64,000 nucleotides of DNA. Source: a bacterium (GTDB lineage: Bacteria > UBA8248). Shown in pieces: positions 50,759 through 60,900 of the stretch. The first letter of the stretch is position 1, and each line of letters starts with the position of its first letter. The stretch is from the NCBI GenBank assembly GCA_965202625.1, contig CBDBBI010000010.1, forward strand, positions 2,560,001 through 2,624,000, written 5' to 3'. The translations under genes were made by a program, and so were the position numbers. The notes under the pieces are model-generated. The model saw nothing but the letters and a program-made list of their open reading frames with translations. It was not told where the DNA came from and made no database searches.

Positions 50759-51637
50759 ATGCCTATAGGGAAACCAGAGGTGTATTACGCGGAAAAAAAT
50801 GCGAGGATTTTTAACGGGGACGCCGCGGAGGTTATGGCGAGCATTCCTGATGAGAGCGTGGATTTAATTTTTGCAGACCCTCCTTATAATCTTTCAAACG
50901 GTGGTTTTACCTGCCATGCGGGCAGGCGCGTAAGCGTGGACAAGGGAAAATGGGATGAAAGCAGAGGAATAGAGAAAGATTATGCGTTTCATTACAACTG
51001 GATCGAGACGTGTCGCAGAATCCTAAAAGAGAACGGCTCTTTTTGGGTTTCGGGAACCTATCATTCCATATACGCCTGTGGATTCGCGCTGCAAAATCAA
51101 GGATGGCATCTGCTGAATGAAATCTGTTGGTATAAGCCGAACGCGGCGCCCAATTTAGCTTGCAGAATGTTCGCCGCTAGCCATGAAACCTTGATTTGGG
51201 CCCGCAAGACAAAGAAGGCGAAGCATAAATTCAATTACGAATTGATGAAAAGAACAGAATGGGCGGGAGACCTAATAAAGAAACCTAACAGGCAGATGCG
51301 CAGCGTTTGGGCGATCAACACTCCGAAGAGCGGAGAAAAAAAATATGGGAAGCATCCCACGCAGAAGCCCGAGTCTCTTTTGGAAAGAATTATACTCGCT
51401 TGCACAAACGAGAACGACGTCGTTCTCGACCCCTTCTGTGGAAGTGCGACCACCGGAGTCGTCGCCATCAGAAACGACAGAAATTTCATCGGAATTGACT
51501 CCGAGAAAGAATATCTTTCAAAAATAGCGATCAAGAGACTTCAAGACGTGATGAAGCAGGAGAAATTGTCGAATCAAGATCATGGCCATGGCATCAAGTC
51601 TGCAACGTGTTTTGATAGCCTCTTCGACGATAAGTAG
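50759..51637 (+). CDS. beta-class N6-adenine DNA methyltransferase, DpnA/M.DpnIIB-like
   Basis: IFADPPYNLSNGG, KGKWD, SGTYH, PNLACR, KHPTQKP, DPFCGSATTG; lower GC. Confidence 0.92.
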   Translation: MPIGKPEVYYAEKNARIFNGDAAEVMASIPDESVDLIFADPPYNLSNGGFTCHAGRRVSVDKGKWDESRGIEKDYAFHYNWIETCRRILKENGSFWVSGTYHSIYACGFALQNQGWHLLNEICWYKPNAAPNLACRMFAASHETLIWARKTKKAKHKFNYELMKRTEWAGDLIKKPNRQMRSVWAINTPKSGEKKYGKHPTQKPESLLERIILACTNENDVVLDPFCGSATTGVVAIRNDRNFIGIDSEKEYLSKIAIKRLQDVMKQEKLSNQDHGHGIKSATCFDSLFDDK

Positions 51638-51648
51638 ATTTTCGCTTC

Positions 51649-52416
51649 ATGGCTTCTGATAGGGCATGGGAGAAGATTTTTGAAGATCACGAAATACATG
51701 AACACGATTTCGCAAATTCGCCGTTCATCATTACCAATACGCAAATTAAAGAATCCTGTCAAAATTTTACGCGGACCGCCGAGAAAGAAGTGCGAATTTT
51801 ATGCAAGCAGGATTCCCGTGAGAATCGTCCCAAAGTTTTCCGAGAAAATAATCTTTTCATCCTCCCGATCAGGAATGGGACCTACGCGATCATTGAGGGT
51901 GAAGGCTATGTGGATATTCCCGTCATCAAGAGTGAGATCGTAACTTATGCGTCAGGGCTATCGTTTTCTCTCGATACTTCAAAAGTCGGCAATTCGGAGA
52001 TGCAGCATTTGGACTACGCTTACGCTTCGAGTTTGATTCGCAGTTTCATGGATGACGACACTTTCGTCTTGACAATACGAGGCCGCAAATACGCTCCCGA
52101 GTTTTCATTTTCCGTAGGCACATACGAACAAAATCTCCGTGTGCAGAGCGTTCAGACGGAAGTTGACGCTGGCTACGAGGGGAAAAGCAAGGTTTTGCTG
52201 GTCGAGGCGAAGAATGCCTCCACGGACAACGTCATTATCCGGCAGATTTATTATCCGTTTCGCCAGTGGCAACAATATACGGAGAAGCCCGTCGAGTTGA
52301 TTTTCTTTGAAAGAAGAGATGAGGAATACGGTATTTGGAAATTCATATTCGAGTCCCTTCATAATTACAACAGCATTAAAATGATCGACTCCGCACGCTA
52401 TAGAATAGCGGAATAG
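51649..52416 (+). CDS. putative type II restriction endonuclease
   Basis: Directly follows the MTase; EVDAGYEG..LLVEAK PD-(D/E)XK-like motif; RQIYYPFR; lower GC. Confidence 0.7.
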   Translation: MASDRAWEKIFEDHEIHEHDFANSPFIITNTQIKESCQNFTRTAEKEVRILCKQDSRENRPKVFRENNLFILPIRNGTYAIIEGEGYVDIPVIKSEIVTYASGLSFSLDTSKVGNSEMQHLDYAYASSLIRSFMDDDTFVLTIRGRKYAPEFSFSVGTYEQNLRVQSVQTEVDAGYEGKSKVLLVEAKNASTDNVIIRQIYYPFRQWQQYTEKPVELIFFERRDEEYGIWKFIFESLHNYNSIKMIDSARYRIAE

Positions 52417-52426
52417 CGGAATAGCG
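52403..52426 (+). repeat. 8-bp tandem repeat x3
   Basis: GAATAGCG three times, spanning the endonuclease stop codon. Confidence 0.8.
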
Positions 52427-52445
52427 GAGGGCGACAACTGTGAGG

Positions 52446-52792
52446 TTACGTCACAATACTATCACACTCGGTGTTTGGAGCGTTTAGAATTAGATGATAC
52501 TGTAGTGCTGTTTCCTCCACCGCTCTTAGAATGTCGAACGTTTCTTCTTCAGTCCATTCTGGGTCCCTGAAATATATTCAGACTGGAGAGAAGCGATTTT
52601 TGTCCGATGCCCTATCTTTTCTTGAACACAATGTTCGGCTCAACGGATAAAGCTCCTTCATCATGGATAGTCTTGACATGGCGAAGGATTTCTCGTCGCA
52701 GCTTTCCTCAAAATCCCAACGCTTCGTTTGGACTCCATGTTTTTGGGCTTGTGCTGTGCCAGGCTTTTTCGCAAATCATCTGCTCTAGCCAT
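52446..52792 (-). pseudogene. fragmented remnant, possibly of an EcoRI-like restriction endonuclease
   Basis: MARADDLRKSLAQHKPKN at the 5' end and IYFRDPEWTEEETFDILRAVEETALQY at the 3' end, in different frames; low GC. Confidence 0.3.
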
Positions 52793-53225
52793 CATAGAAG
52801 TAATGTCCTTTCAATCCGTGAACGTCGAAAATCAACATCTCGCTATGAAATAGCACGCCTTTGTAGATGTCCTTGGGGGGTGAAACGACGAAGATTATCT
52901 CCGGATATGCGCCGTTGGCGAAGTTGCGCCAGCGGTGTCCAGATCGTGGAGTTTTTCCGGTCAGCATAAAATTTATTTCCGTCAACGCGATACATTACGC
53001 CACTGAAACGATAGCGCGCGGCGTTTTTTGAGGGGGCTGATAAGGGCTTTCGGGTGTGGGCGATTCAGCGTTTAGGCGTCCTTCATATCTCCCAGTCTAA
53101 GGTCGCTCCACATTTCCCGTATTCAGTCCTGGGCAGCCAATGGAGATGCGAGTTAGTTATACGTGCGGCCGCGTAGTATTTATGAGTTCGCAAGCGTTTT
53201 GAACCTGCGCTAGAATGTCCCTGCC

Positions 53226-56200
53226 ATGAGCGCGTACTCCTTTCATCCGTTGATAGCGCGCTGGTTCGGCGAGAAGTTCGGCGAGCCGAGCGCCCCGCAG
53301 GAGGCGGGCTGGCCGCAGATCGCGGCGGGGCGCGATGCGCTCATCACCGCGCCCACGGGAACGGGGAAGACGTTAGCCGCTTTTCTGTGGTCGCTCGACG
53401 ACCTCATTCAAAGGGCGCTCAGGGGCGCGCTTGCCGATGAGTGCCGCCTCATCTACGTTTCTCCCCTCAAGGCGCTCGGCAACGACATTCAGAGAAACTT
53501 GACGGCGCCCTTGAGCGAAATCCGTGCGCTCGCGCTACAGGGGGGCGTCAAACTGCCCGAGATCAGGGTGGCGGTTCGCTCGGGCGACACCTCGGCCCGT
53601 GAGCGTCGTCTCATGCTGAGGCGACGGCCCCATGTCCTTATCACCACGCCGGAGTCGCTTTACATCCTCTTGACGGCGGAGCGGAGCCGCGCGGTGCTCG
53701 AGACCGTGCGCGTCGTCATCGTCGATGAGATACACGCCGTCGCCGGAGATAAGCGGGGCGCGCATCTCGCTCTCTCTCTGGAGCGACTGGACGCGCTTTG
53801 TGGGCAGCGGCTTCAGCGCATTGGCTTGAGCGCCACGCAAAAGCCGATTGAGGAGGTCGCGCGCCTGCTCGTCGGCGCGGGAAGGAGCCGAGAGGACGGC
53901 GCCCCCGATTGCGCGATCGTGGATGTGGGGCATCTGCGGCGAATGGCGCTCTCCGTGGAGGTGCCTGATCAGGAAATCGGGCCCGTCGCCTCGCACGCGC
54001 TTTGGGGAGAGGTTTTCGACCGGCTCGCGGGCCACATCGAAGGACATCGGAGCACCATCGTGTTTGTTCACACGCGAAAGCTTGCCGAGCGCGTCGCCCA
54101 TCAGCTCACGGCGCGACTCGGAGAGGAGCGCGTCGCCGCCCATCACGGCTCCTTGTCCCGCAAAATCCGCCTCGACGCGGAGGAGAGGCTCAAATCAGGC
54201 GCGTTCTCCGCAATCGTCGCCACGGCGTCGCTCGAGCTGGGGATCGACATCGGCCACGTCGATCTTGTTTGCCATCTGGGCGCCCCGAGGACGCTCGCCT
54301 CCCTGTTGCAGCGCGTGGGCCGCTCTGGCCACTGGAAGGGCGCGACGCCCAAGGGAATCGTTTTTCCCCTGACGAGGGACGATCTTCTCCAGAGCGCGGC
54401 CGCGGTGCGCTCGGTGAGGGAGGGCGCCCTTGATCGCGTGATTTTCCCCGAAGCGCCGGTCGACGTCCTCGCCCAGCAGATCGTCGCCGAAGTCGCGGCG
54501 CGGGAAGAGGTGGAGGAGGAGGTGATCTGGGCACTCGTCAGGCGTGCGCAGCCCTACGCGCGGCTTGGGCGCTGCGTCTTCGAGGAAGTGCTAGAGATGC
54601 TCTCCGAGGGTGTCTCGACCAGTCGGGGCCGACGCGGCGTCCATCTGCACAGAGACCGCGTGAACGCCCTTTTGCGGCCGAGGCGCGGGGCGCGGCTCTG
54701 CGCCATCACCTCGGGCGGGGCGATTCCGGACACGGCGGACTACGATGTGATCGAGCACCCCGCGGAGACTTTCGTGGGCAAGGTGAACGAGGATTTTGCT
54801 GTAGAGTCGAACGCGGGCGACATCTTCTTGCTCGGCAATCATTCATGGCGGGTCAGGAGGGTGGAGCGCGACAAGGTGCGCGTGGAGGACGCGTGGGGGC
54901 TTCCGCCTAACATTCCTTTCTGGCTCGGGGAGGCGCCCGCACGCACGGCGGAACTCTCCGAGGCCGTCTCCCGCTTGCGGGCTACACTTGCGGAGCACCT
55001 GTGTGACGAGGATGGGGAGATTGGGTGGATGCGGGAGCAGTGCGGGTTGTGCGCCTCGGGCACGGCGCAGCTTCTTGCTTACGCGCGTGAGACGGCGCAG
55101 ATTTTGGGGCGCGTTCCCACGCAAGGCGAAATCGTGGCGGAGCGGTTTTTCGACGAGGCGGGCGGAATGCAGCTCGTGATTCACTCACCCTATGGCGGCC
55201 GCGTCAACCGGGCGTGGGCCCATACCCTCAGAAAGCGCTTTTGCCTCACGTTCGATTTCGAGCTTCAGGCCGCCGCGACCGACGACGGCATCGTGCTCTC
55301 GCTCTCCTCCCAGCACAGCTTTCCGCTGGAGTCGATTTTTGGTTTCACTCGCCTCGCCTCCTTGAGAAAGGACATGCTCCAGTCCGCCCTGCAATCGCCC
55401 ATGTTCGCTAACCGCTGGCGTTGGAACGCGACGCGCGCCCTCGCCCTGCCCCGATACGCTGGGGGGAAGAAGACACCGATCGCGCTTCAGAGGATGCGCG
55501 CGGAGGATTTGCTCGCGGCCGTTTTTCCGGCCCAGCTCGCCTGCCAGGACAACCACCATGGCCCAATCGAGCCTCCTGACCATCCCTTGGTGAACGAGAC
55601 GGTGGAGAATTGTCTGACCGAAGCGATGGACATCGACAATTTGAGAGAATTGATACGGGATATCGAAGGCGGAAGGGTGAAGACCTTCGCCGTGGAGACG
55701 CCTGCTCCCTCGCCCATGTCGCACGAGATACTGAACGCGAACCCCTACGCCTTCATCGACGATGCCCCGCTGGAGGAGCGCCGCTCGCGTGCCGTGCCGC
55801 TCAGGCGCGTCCTGCCCGAGAACGCGCAGAACGCTCAGCTGGACGCGGACGCCATTGAGGAGGTGCGCCGGGGAGCCTGGCCGGCTCCGAGAGACATGGA
55901 TGAGCTGCACGACGCCCTTCTCTCCTTGTGCGTGCTGCCTGATCAGGATGCGAGGGATTGGTTCGCCTGGGTGGGTGCGTTGCGTGCCCGGGGCCGCTTA
56001 GCCAGGGCGGTGTGGAGGGCGGGGGGCGCCATGTGCGAGGGATACGTTCCGGCTGAGCGGATGGCGTTTGTTCGTGCCGCGATTCCGGGCGTTGCGCTCA
56101 CGCCCGAGGAGATTCCCCTTCAGGTGGGAGAGACGAAAGCGGTTTCCAGGGAGACTGCGGCGCTCGTTCTCCTTCGGGGCTGGATGGAGTGCCTGGGGCC

Positions 56201-57557
56201 CGTGAGCGCGCAGGAGGTCGCCGCCCGCGTGGGGCTCGCATTGTCCGACGTCCATGTAGCCTTGGCCGCCCTTGAGGGAGAAGGCGCGGTTCTCAGAGGC
56301 CGCTTCGTGCGCCTCTCGCCCGATGCGCCAATTGAGTGGTGCGACCGCGCGCTGTTGAGCCGCATCCACCGGATGACGCTGGGAAAACTACGGCGCGAGA
56401 TCGAACCCGTCACGGCGGCGGACTTCATCCGGTATCTGCTCAGGTGGCAGCACCTGCATGAGGAGAGCCGGTTGCACGGGCGCGACGGCGTTCTGGAGGT
56501 GGTGCGCCAGCTCCAGGGCCTCGAACTACCCGCGCCCGCCTGGGAGGAGCGGATTCTCCCCGCCCGCATTCAGAATTACGACCCGGCTGACCTGGAGCAG
56601 CTGTGTCTCTCGGGTCTCGTCGTGTGGGGACGCCTGCGGCCGGGCGTCCCGCCCGATCCGCCTGAGCCTCCAACGGGCCGGATACGCCGCGCGACGTCCC
56701 AGAACGCGGGACCTACGCGCCGGGCGCTTCTGGCCTTTTTGCACAGAGAGGATATGGATATGTTCCTGAGTCCCCGGGGCGCGGGCGATGAATGGCGGCG
56801 AAATCTCTCGCGTCCGGCGCTTGAGGCGCTCGATTTTCTGGGCGCACGGGGAGCGTCTTTCCTTGCGGAGATCGCGCGGGCGACGGGCAGGCTGCGAACC
56901 GAGGTGGAGGAGGCGCTTTGGGAGCTCGTCTCGCGCGGTTTGGTGACAGGAGACGGCGTGGCGGGTCTCAGGGCGTTGATAATGAGCGAGAGGGAGAGGA
57001 AAAAGAGCGAACGAAGGCTCCGCGCTCTGCCGGGGGGCCGCGCCAAATCGCGCGAGGCGAAGAAGCGCTTCATGCCCGTGGGCCGCTGGTCACTCTGGGG
57101 GGTGGAGGACGTCCCCCTGGACGGTGAGGCCCGGCACGAAGCCCATGCGCGGCAGATGCTGAGAAGATACGGCGTCGTGATGCGCGAGCTCGCCGTCCGG
57201 GAATTCGCCGTTCCGCGTTGGCGCGAGCTCGTGGGAGTGTTTCGGCGTCTTGAGGCCAGGGGAGAGATTCGCGGCGGTCGCTTCGTCTCGGGCTTCACCG
57301 GCGAGCAGTTCGCCTTGCCGGAAGCCGTGGAGGCCCTGCGTGCCGTCCGCCGGATTCCGGCCCAAGGGAGGCCCACCATCGTTGACGCGAGCGACCCGAT
57401 GAATCTGTCGGGCATCATCACGCCGGGGCCCAAGGTTTCTATTCGTTCGCGCGACGTCATCCTCTATCGAGATGGTCTGGTGGCGGACTGCGGCCCGATC
57501 GGCGAGGTGCGAAGCCGCCTTGAGAACGAATCGCTCGGCTTGGGCCGAGGTGTATGA
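53226..57557 (+). CDS. lhr: Lhr family ATP-dependent DEAD/DEAH helicase
   Basis: APTGTGKT, YVSPLKAL, TTPESL, DEIH, LSAT, HHGS, LELGIDIG, QRVGR; C-terminal LRRYGVV..RGGRFV..GEQFA. Confidence 0.93.
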   Translation: MSAYSFHPLIARWFGEKFGEPSAPQEAGWPQIAAGRDALITAPTGTGKTLAAFLWSLDDLIQRALRGALADECRLIYVSPLKALGNDIQRNLTAPLSEIRALALQGGVKLPEIRVAVRSGDTSARERRLMLRRRPHVLITTPESLYILLTAERSRAVLETVRVVIVDEIHAVAGDKRGAHLALSLERLDALCGQRLQRIGLSATQKPIEEVARLLVGAGRSREDGAPDCAIVDVGHLRRMALSVEVPDQEIGPVASHALWGEVFDRLAGHIEGHRSTIVFVHTRKLAERVAHQLTARLGEERVAAHHGSLSRKIRLDAEERLKSGAFSAIVATASLELGIDIGHVDLVCHLGAPRTLASLLQRVGRSGHWKGATPKGIVFPLTRDDLLQSAAAVRSVREGALDRVIFPEAPVDVLAQQIVAEVAAREEVEEEVIWALVRRAQPYARLGRCVFEEVLEMLSEGVSTSRGRRGVHLHRDRVNALLRPRRGARLCAITSGGAIPDTADYDVIEHPAETFVGKVNEDFAVESNAGDIFLLGNHSWRVRRVERDKVRVEDAWGLPPNIPFWLGEAPARTAELSEAVSRLRATLAEHLCDEDGEIGWMREQCGLCASGTAQLLAYARETAQILGRVPTQGEIVAERFFDEAGGMQLVIHSPYGGRVNRAWAHTLRKRFCLTFDFELQAAATDDGIVLSLSSQHSFPLESIFGFTRLASLRKDMLQSALQSPMFANRWRWNATRALALPRYAGGKKTPIALQRMRAEDLLAAVFPAQLACQDNHHGPIEPPDHPLVNETVENCLTEAMDIDNLRELIRDIEGGRVKTFAVETPAPSPMSHEILNANPYAFIDDAPLEERRSRAVPLRRVLPENAQNAQLDADAIEEVRRGAWPAPRDMDELHDALLSLCVLPDQDARDWFAWVGALRARGRLARAVWRAGGAMCEGYVPAERMAFVRAAIPGVALTPEEIPLQVGETKAVSRETAALVLLRGWMECLGPVSAQEVAARVGLALSDVHVALAALEGEGAVLRGRFVRLSPDAPIEWCDRALLSRIHRMTLGKLRREIEPVTAADFIRYLLRWQHLHEESRLHGRDGVLEVVRQLQGLELPAPAWEERILPARIQNYDPADLEQLCLSGLVVWGRLRPGVPPDPPEPPTGRIRRATSQNAGPTRRALLAFLHREDMDMFLSPRGAGDEWRRNLSRPALEALDFLGARGASFLAEIARATGRLRTEVEEALWELVSRGLVTGDGVAGLRALIMSERERKKSERRLRALPGGRAKSREAKKRFMPVGRWSLWGVEDVPLDGEARHEAHARQMLRRYGVVMRELAVREFAVPRWRELVGVFRRLEARGEIRGGRFVSGFTGEQFALPEAVEALRAVRRIPAQGRPTIVDASDPMNLSGIITPGPKVSIRSRDVILYRDGLVADCGPIGEVRSRLENESLGLGRGV

Positions 57558-57886
57558 AATCCCTTGAAGCGCCTTGCGAGCACAGATTCAAGAATGCGCC
57601 GCCTGGCGCGCGAAGACGAATGGTTGCCTTCGCGCGGTCGGGCTTGCTGGGGGAGGAGCGCTCGGCGCCCCTGTGCTTGGCCGCCCCCTGCGAGCTCTCC
57701 GCGATTTGAAATAACTTACGGGTTTTGCCGGCGTCTCATCCTTGTCCGTTCACAAAGGGGCAGCCGAGGGGGAGAGGCGGAGACGTCGTGGGTCCGGAAC
57801 GCGAAATCCTGATCTTCAGGGGCACTCCACCTGAGCCGTTTTCGGGCGGGCGGCCTCCGTTTCCGAAAGACGAAAGAGAGGGGAAC

Positions 57887-58120
57887 ATGAGCGTATTCGT
57901 GGTCGGACACGTTGAGATCAAAAATGAGGAGGGATTCACCGACTACGCTGAGAAAGGGCTTGCGATCGTCCCCTCTTTCGGCGGCGAGTTCGTGATGTGT
58001 GGAGAGCTCACGAGGGTTCTGAGCGGCGCGCACGACAAGAGCACGTTCGCCATCCTGAAGTTCCCCGACCGCAACAAGGCGACGGACATCACGTTCCTAC
58101 CCTATGACGAGGCATTTTAG
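57887..58120 (+). pseudogene. DUF1330 family protein, short or internally deleted
   Basis: GAGGGG RBS; Y......FGG.F..G...VL.G....ILKFP; lacks the usual W..S.EY helix. Confidence 0.55.
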
Positions 58121-58236
58121 GGGAGCAGCTGTTTCGTTGAAAAGCGTTCGTTGGGCACCCCCTTTGTGGAACAATCTGCTGACGTTTGCGACCCGGATGC
58201 GAGAATGCCAGACTATTTTGAAGGCGATTCGAGGCG

Positions 58237-59304
58237 ATGAACTCGCGTTTTATTCAGAGGACGCAAGTGGCTGACGCAGAGAGACGGAAATTTCCAGGTG
58301 GTTCTCGGCAGAGAGTTAATAAAGCCGGGCAGCAGGTTCGGAACAAGACTGCAGGAAATTCAGATTTTCAGGTTATTGATCACTGGCGTACTGCTCATTG
58401 GCGTGTGATAAATACATTCGGGTCTTTTCTTAGAATGCGGATAAGTCGCACAAGGCAAAGTGGAATCGTCGTGGCACAAAGACATAAACGTAAGCACACG
58501 ATTATCGATAAACTCAAACGATTTCCCAAGATGCAGTTAGCCCGCATGGATGATGTGGCGGGATGTCGTTTGATATTTGATAACATTCAGCAACTATACA
58601 AGTTTCGCAGTGACATTCACAAAGCAAAATTTAGGCACAAACTAAAGAATGAAATTGACAAATATGATTACATAAAGAGTCCCAAATTAAGTGGATATCG
58701 CGGAATTCACGATGTGTACGAGTACAATGTAAAGTCGCAAAACAGTCAAATTTCCAATGGGTTGTTGATTGAATTGCAGTATCGAACGCTTTCCCAACAT
58801 GCTTGGGCGACATGTGTTGAGTTGGTTGGTTTTTTGACTGATAACCAGCCGAAGTTTGAGCGGGGTGATGAGCGGTATCGGAATATTCTGCGCTTTTCAA
58901 GTGAAATCATTGCGCGCTCTGCCGAGAAGCGTTGTTCGAGCCTGAGGAATCTGGACGACAGAGAAGTAGTTAGGGGGTTTTTGGAACTTGATGACAAACT
59001 GAACTTTATGCAGATGTTGCGTGGTTTGAACACTGAGCAGGAATCGGATTCTCTCTATAAAAATATCATTTTGATTTTTCAAGAAATGGGAGATACCCCA
59101 CTTAAAATTCTCTCGTTTCGACATGCAACGGATGCATTGAAAAAGTTGTTCGAACTCGAAAATGAACCGTCCGGTAGGGATATTGTTTTGGTGAAAGGCG
59201 ATACCGCTGAAGGCATTCGTGAAGCATTCAAGAACTATTTTTCTGATGCGCGCAAATTCGTTGAGTTGATCAATCGTGGCTGTAGCGAACTTTCTGGGCA
59301 TTAA
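58237..59304 (+). CDS. RelA/SpoT-domain small alarmone synthetase homolog, CapRel-like
   Basis: WRTAH, VAQRHKR..IIDKL, MDDVAGCR, DYIKSPK.SGYRGIH, ELQYRT..QHAWAT; C-terminal DIVLV..AFKNYFSD; low GC. Confidence 0.85.
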   Translation: MNSRFIQRTQVADAERRKFPGGSRQRVNKAGQQVRNKTAGNSDFQVIDHWRTAHWRVINTFGSFLRMRISRTRQSGIVVAQRHKRKHTIIDKLKRFPKMQLARMDDVAGCRLIFDNIQQLYKFRSDIHKAKFRHKLKNEIDKYDYIKSPKLSGYRGIHDVYEYNVKSQNSQISNGLLIELQYRTLSQHAWATCVELVGFLTDNQPKFERGDERYRNILRFSSEIIARSAEKRCSSLRNLDDREVVRGFLELDDKLNFMQMLRGLNTEQESDSLYKNIILIFQEMGDTPLKILSFRHATDALKKLFELENEPSGRDIVLVKGDTAEGIREAFKNYFSDARKFVELINRGCSELSGH

Positions 59305-59399
59305 CGGTGTTGCTTCATGAGATCTGGAGATTTCGCCCTTAGGATTCCCATCAAGGATGTAACTCGATCTATTTCTTCGACGATTTTAGGACTTCACCC

Positions 59400-60005
59400 A
59401 TGCCTATCATCCGGCAGACGCCCGACGTTTCGAAATTCAACCCCGACATTGATTTGCCCTATCAACTTCGCCGGGAAGATTTTGCATTGGTCATGCAGGA
59501 CGTCTATGATTTCTTTTTCGACGTGAATACGCATCTGTTCAATAAAAGTCTCAAACGTCTGGATGAAATGCTGCGGCCCGCCGCGATGTCAGGGCTGGTC
59601 TCCGACATGGTTGCGGCGAGCATGGCGCAACATTCGCGAACCCTGGTCGAGAACCAGTACCACAACGGCCACCCGGACCTCATCGTGAACGGGATATACC
59701 CCAACGATGCAGTGAAGGCCGGAACAGAAGGCGTTGAAATCAAAAGCACTCGCAAATCAGGCGGAGCCGTCGATACGCATGGGGCGCGGAAGCAATGGAT
59801 GTGTGTTTTTGTTTATCAAGTTGATAACGAAACTGAACCCGCTGCAGATCGCGCCTCCATGAAATTCTCCGAAGTCTATCTCGGCTACGTCACTGTCAAT
59901 GATTTCCGTAGAAATGCGCGAAGCGAACTCGGAACGAGAACGGCTACCTTGAACAGAAGCGGCATTCAGAAGTTGCGGCGGAGTTGGGTATATCTGGACA
60001 CTTGA
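59400..60005 (+). CDS. putative type II restriction endonuclease
   Basis: GHPDL..GVEIK PD-(D/E)XK motif; convergent with a DNA MTase. Confidence 0.65.
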   Translation: MPIIRQTPDVSKFNPDIDLPYQLRREDFALVMQDVYDFFFDVNTHLFNKSLKRLDEMLRPAAMSGLVSDMVAASMAQHSRTLVENQYHNGHPDLIVNGIYPNDAVKAGTEGVEIKSTRKSGGAVDTHGARKQWMCVFVYQVDNETEPAADRASMKFSEVYLGYVTVNDFRRNARSELGTRTATLNRSGIQKLRRSWVYLDT

Positions 60006-60900
60006 GCGCTTCTAGTTTTGGCATGGCCCGTTTCGCAAGTTGCACGTACCGTTTCGACACTTCGACGCCAACGCTTCGGTAGCCGATGTGATTGGCGGCG
60101 GCGAGCGTTGAGCCTGAACCCGCGAACGGATCGAGTATTACGCCCTTTTGGAGTGGAAGAGCCGCGCGGACCAGTTTCCGCAAAAACGACTGGGGTTTCA
60201 ACGATGGATGTGGCGCCAAACTCTTCTCCGTCGCCTTGGTCGTGTGCGACGGGATGACGTCACCGAACGGTTTGTCGTTCGATACGCGGCGAAGCCCGCC
60301 AGTTTCCCACTTGCGCAAATTGTCCTGAACGCGGCCGTCCAAGGGATTACGGAACAAAAGCCAGGGTTCGGCCATCGAGCGCGGCATCACCGTGACGTCG
60401 GAGAATTCTTTATGCGCGTTCTTCGGACGGTCGCCTCCCCGCATCGTCATGACGAGTCGGGTGATGACGCCCCGGTTTTCTAAACCGGCGGCGTCAAGTG
60501 CTGACGCGACGATATGAGAAACCAGGGGATTGGACGCCATGAATATATGAGCGCCGGGAACGAGGACGCGTGATACGCTACGACCGAAACGCCCGAAAAA
60601 TTCGCGCATGTTTTCGAGATCGGACGCGCTCAAAGTGGTGAAGCGTGGAAGCGGCGAACGCCGGTATCCGTCGAACGACGGAGGAATTCGCCAGACCCCA
60701 CCTCTGCCTTGACGAAGTTTGCGCTGCTCTTTTTCCGTGTATTCAACCAGGCCGTAAGGTGGGTCAGTCACAACCGCATGAATGGTGTTCTCTCGGCAAT
60801 TCTCCAACCACTCGAAACAGTCTGCCTGATACAAAACTGCTTCGCCGTGAATGCTCGCGGGCTTGGCAACTCTGCATGTTTTTTCTGGGACGACGGTCAT
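59944..60900 (-). CDS. beta-class N4-C/N6-A DNA methyltransferase
   Basis: VVTDPPYG, HPSLKP, LDPFAGSGST. Confidence 0.9.
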   Translation of the reverse strand: MTVVPEKTCRVAKPASIHGEAVLYQADCFEWLENCRENTIHAVVTDPPYGLVEYTEKEQRKLRQGRGGVWRIPPSFDGYRRSPLPRFTTLSASDLENMREFFGRFGRSVSRVLVPGAHIFMASNPLVSHIVASALDAAGLENRGVITRLVMTMRGGDRPKNAHKEFSDVTVMPRSMAEPWLLFRNPLDGRVQDNLRKWETGGLRRVSNDKPFGDVIPSHTTKATEKSLAPHPSLKPQSFLRKLVRAALPLQKGVILDPFAGSGSTLAAANHIGYRSVGVEVSKRYVQLAKRAMPKLEALKCPDIPNSAATSECRFCSR

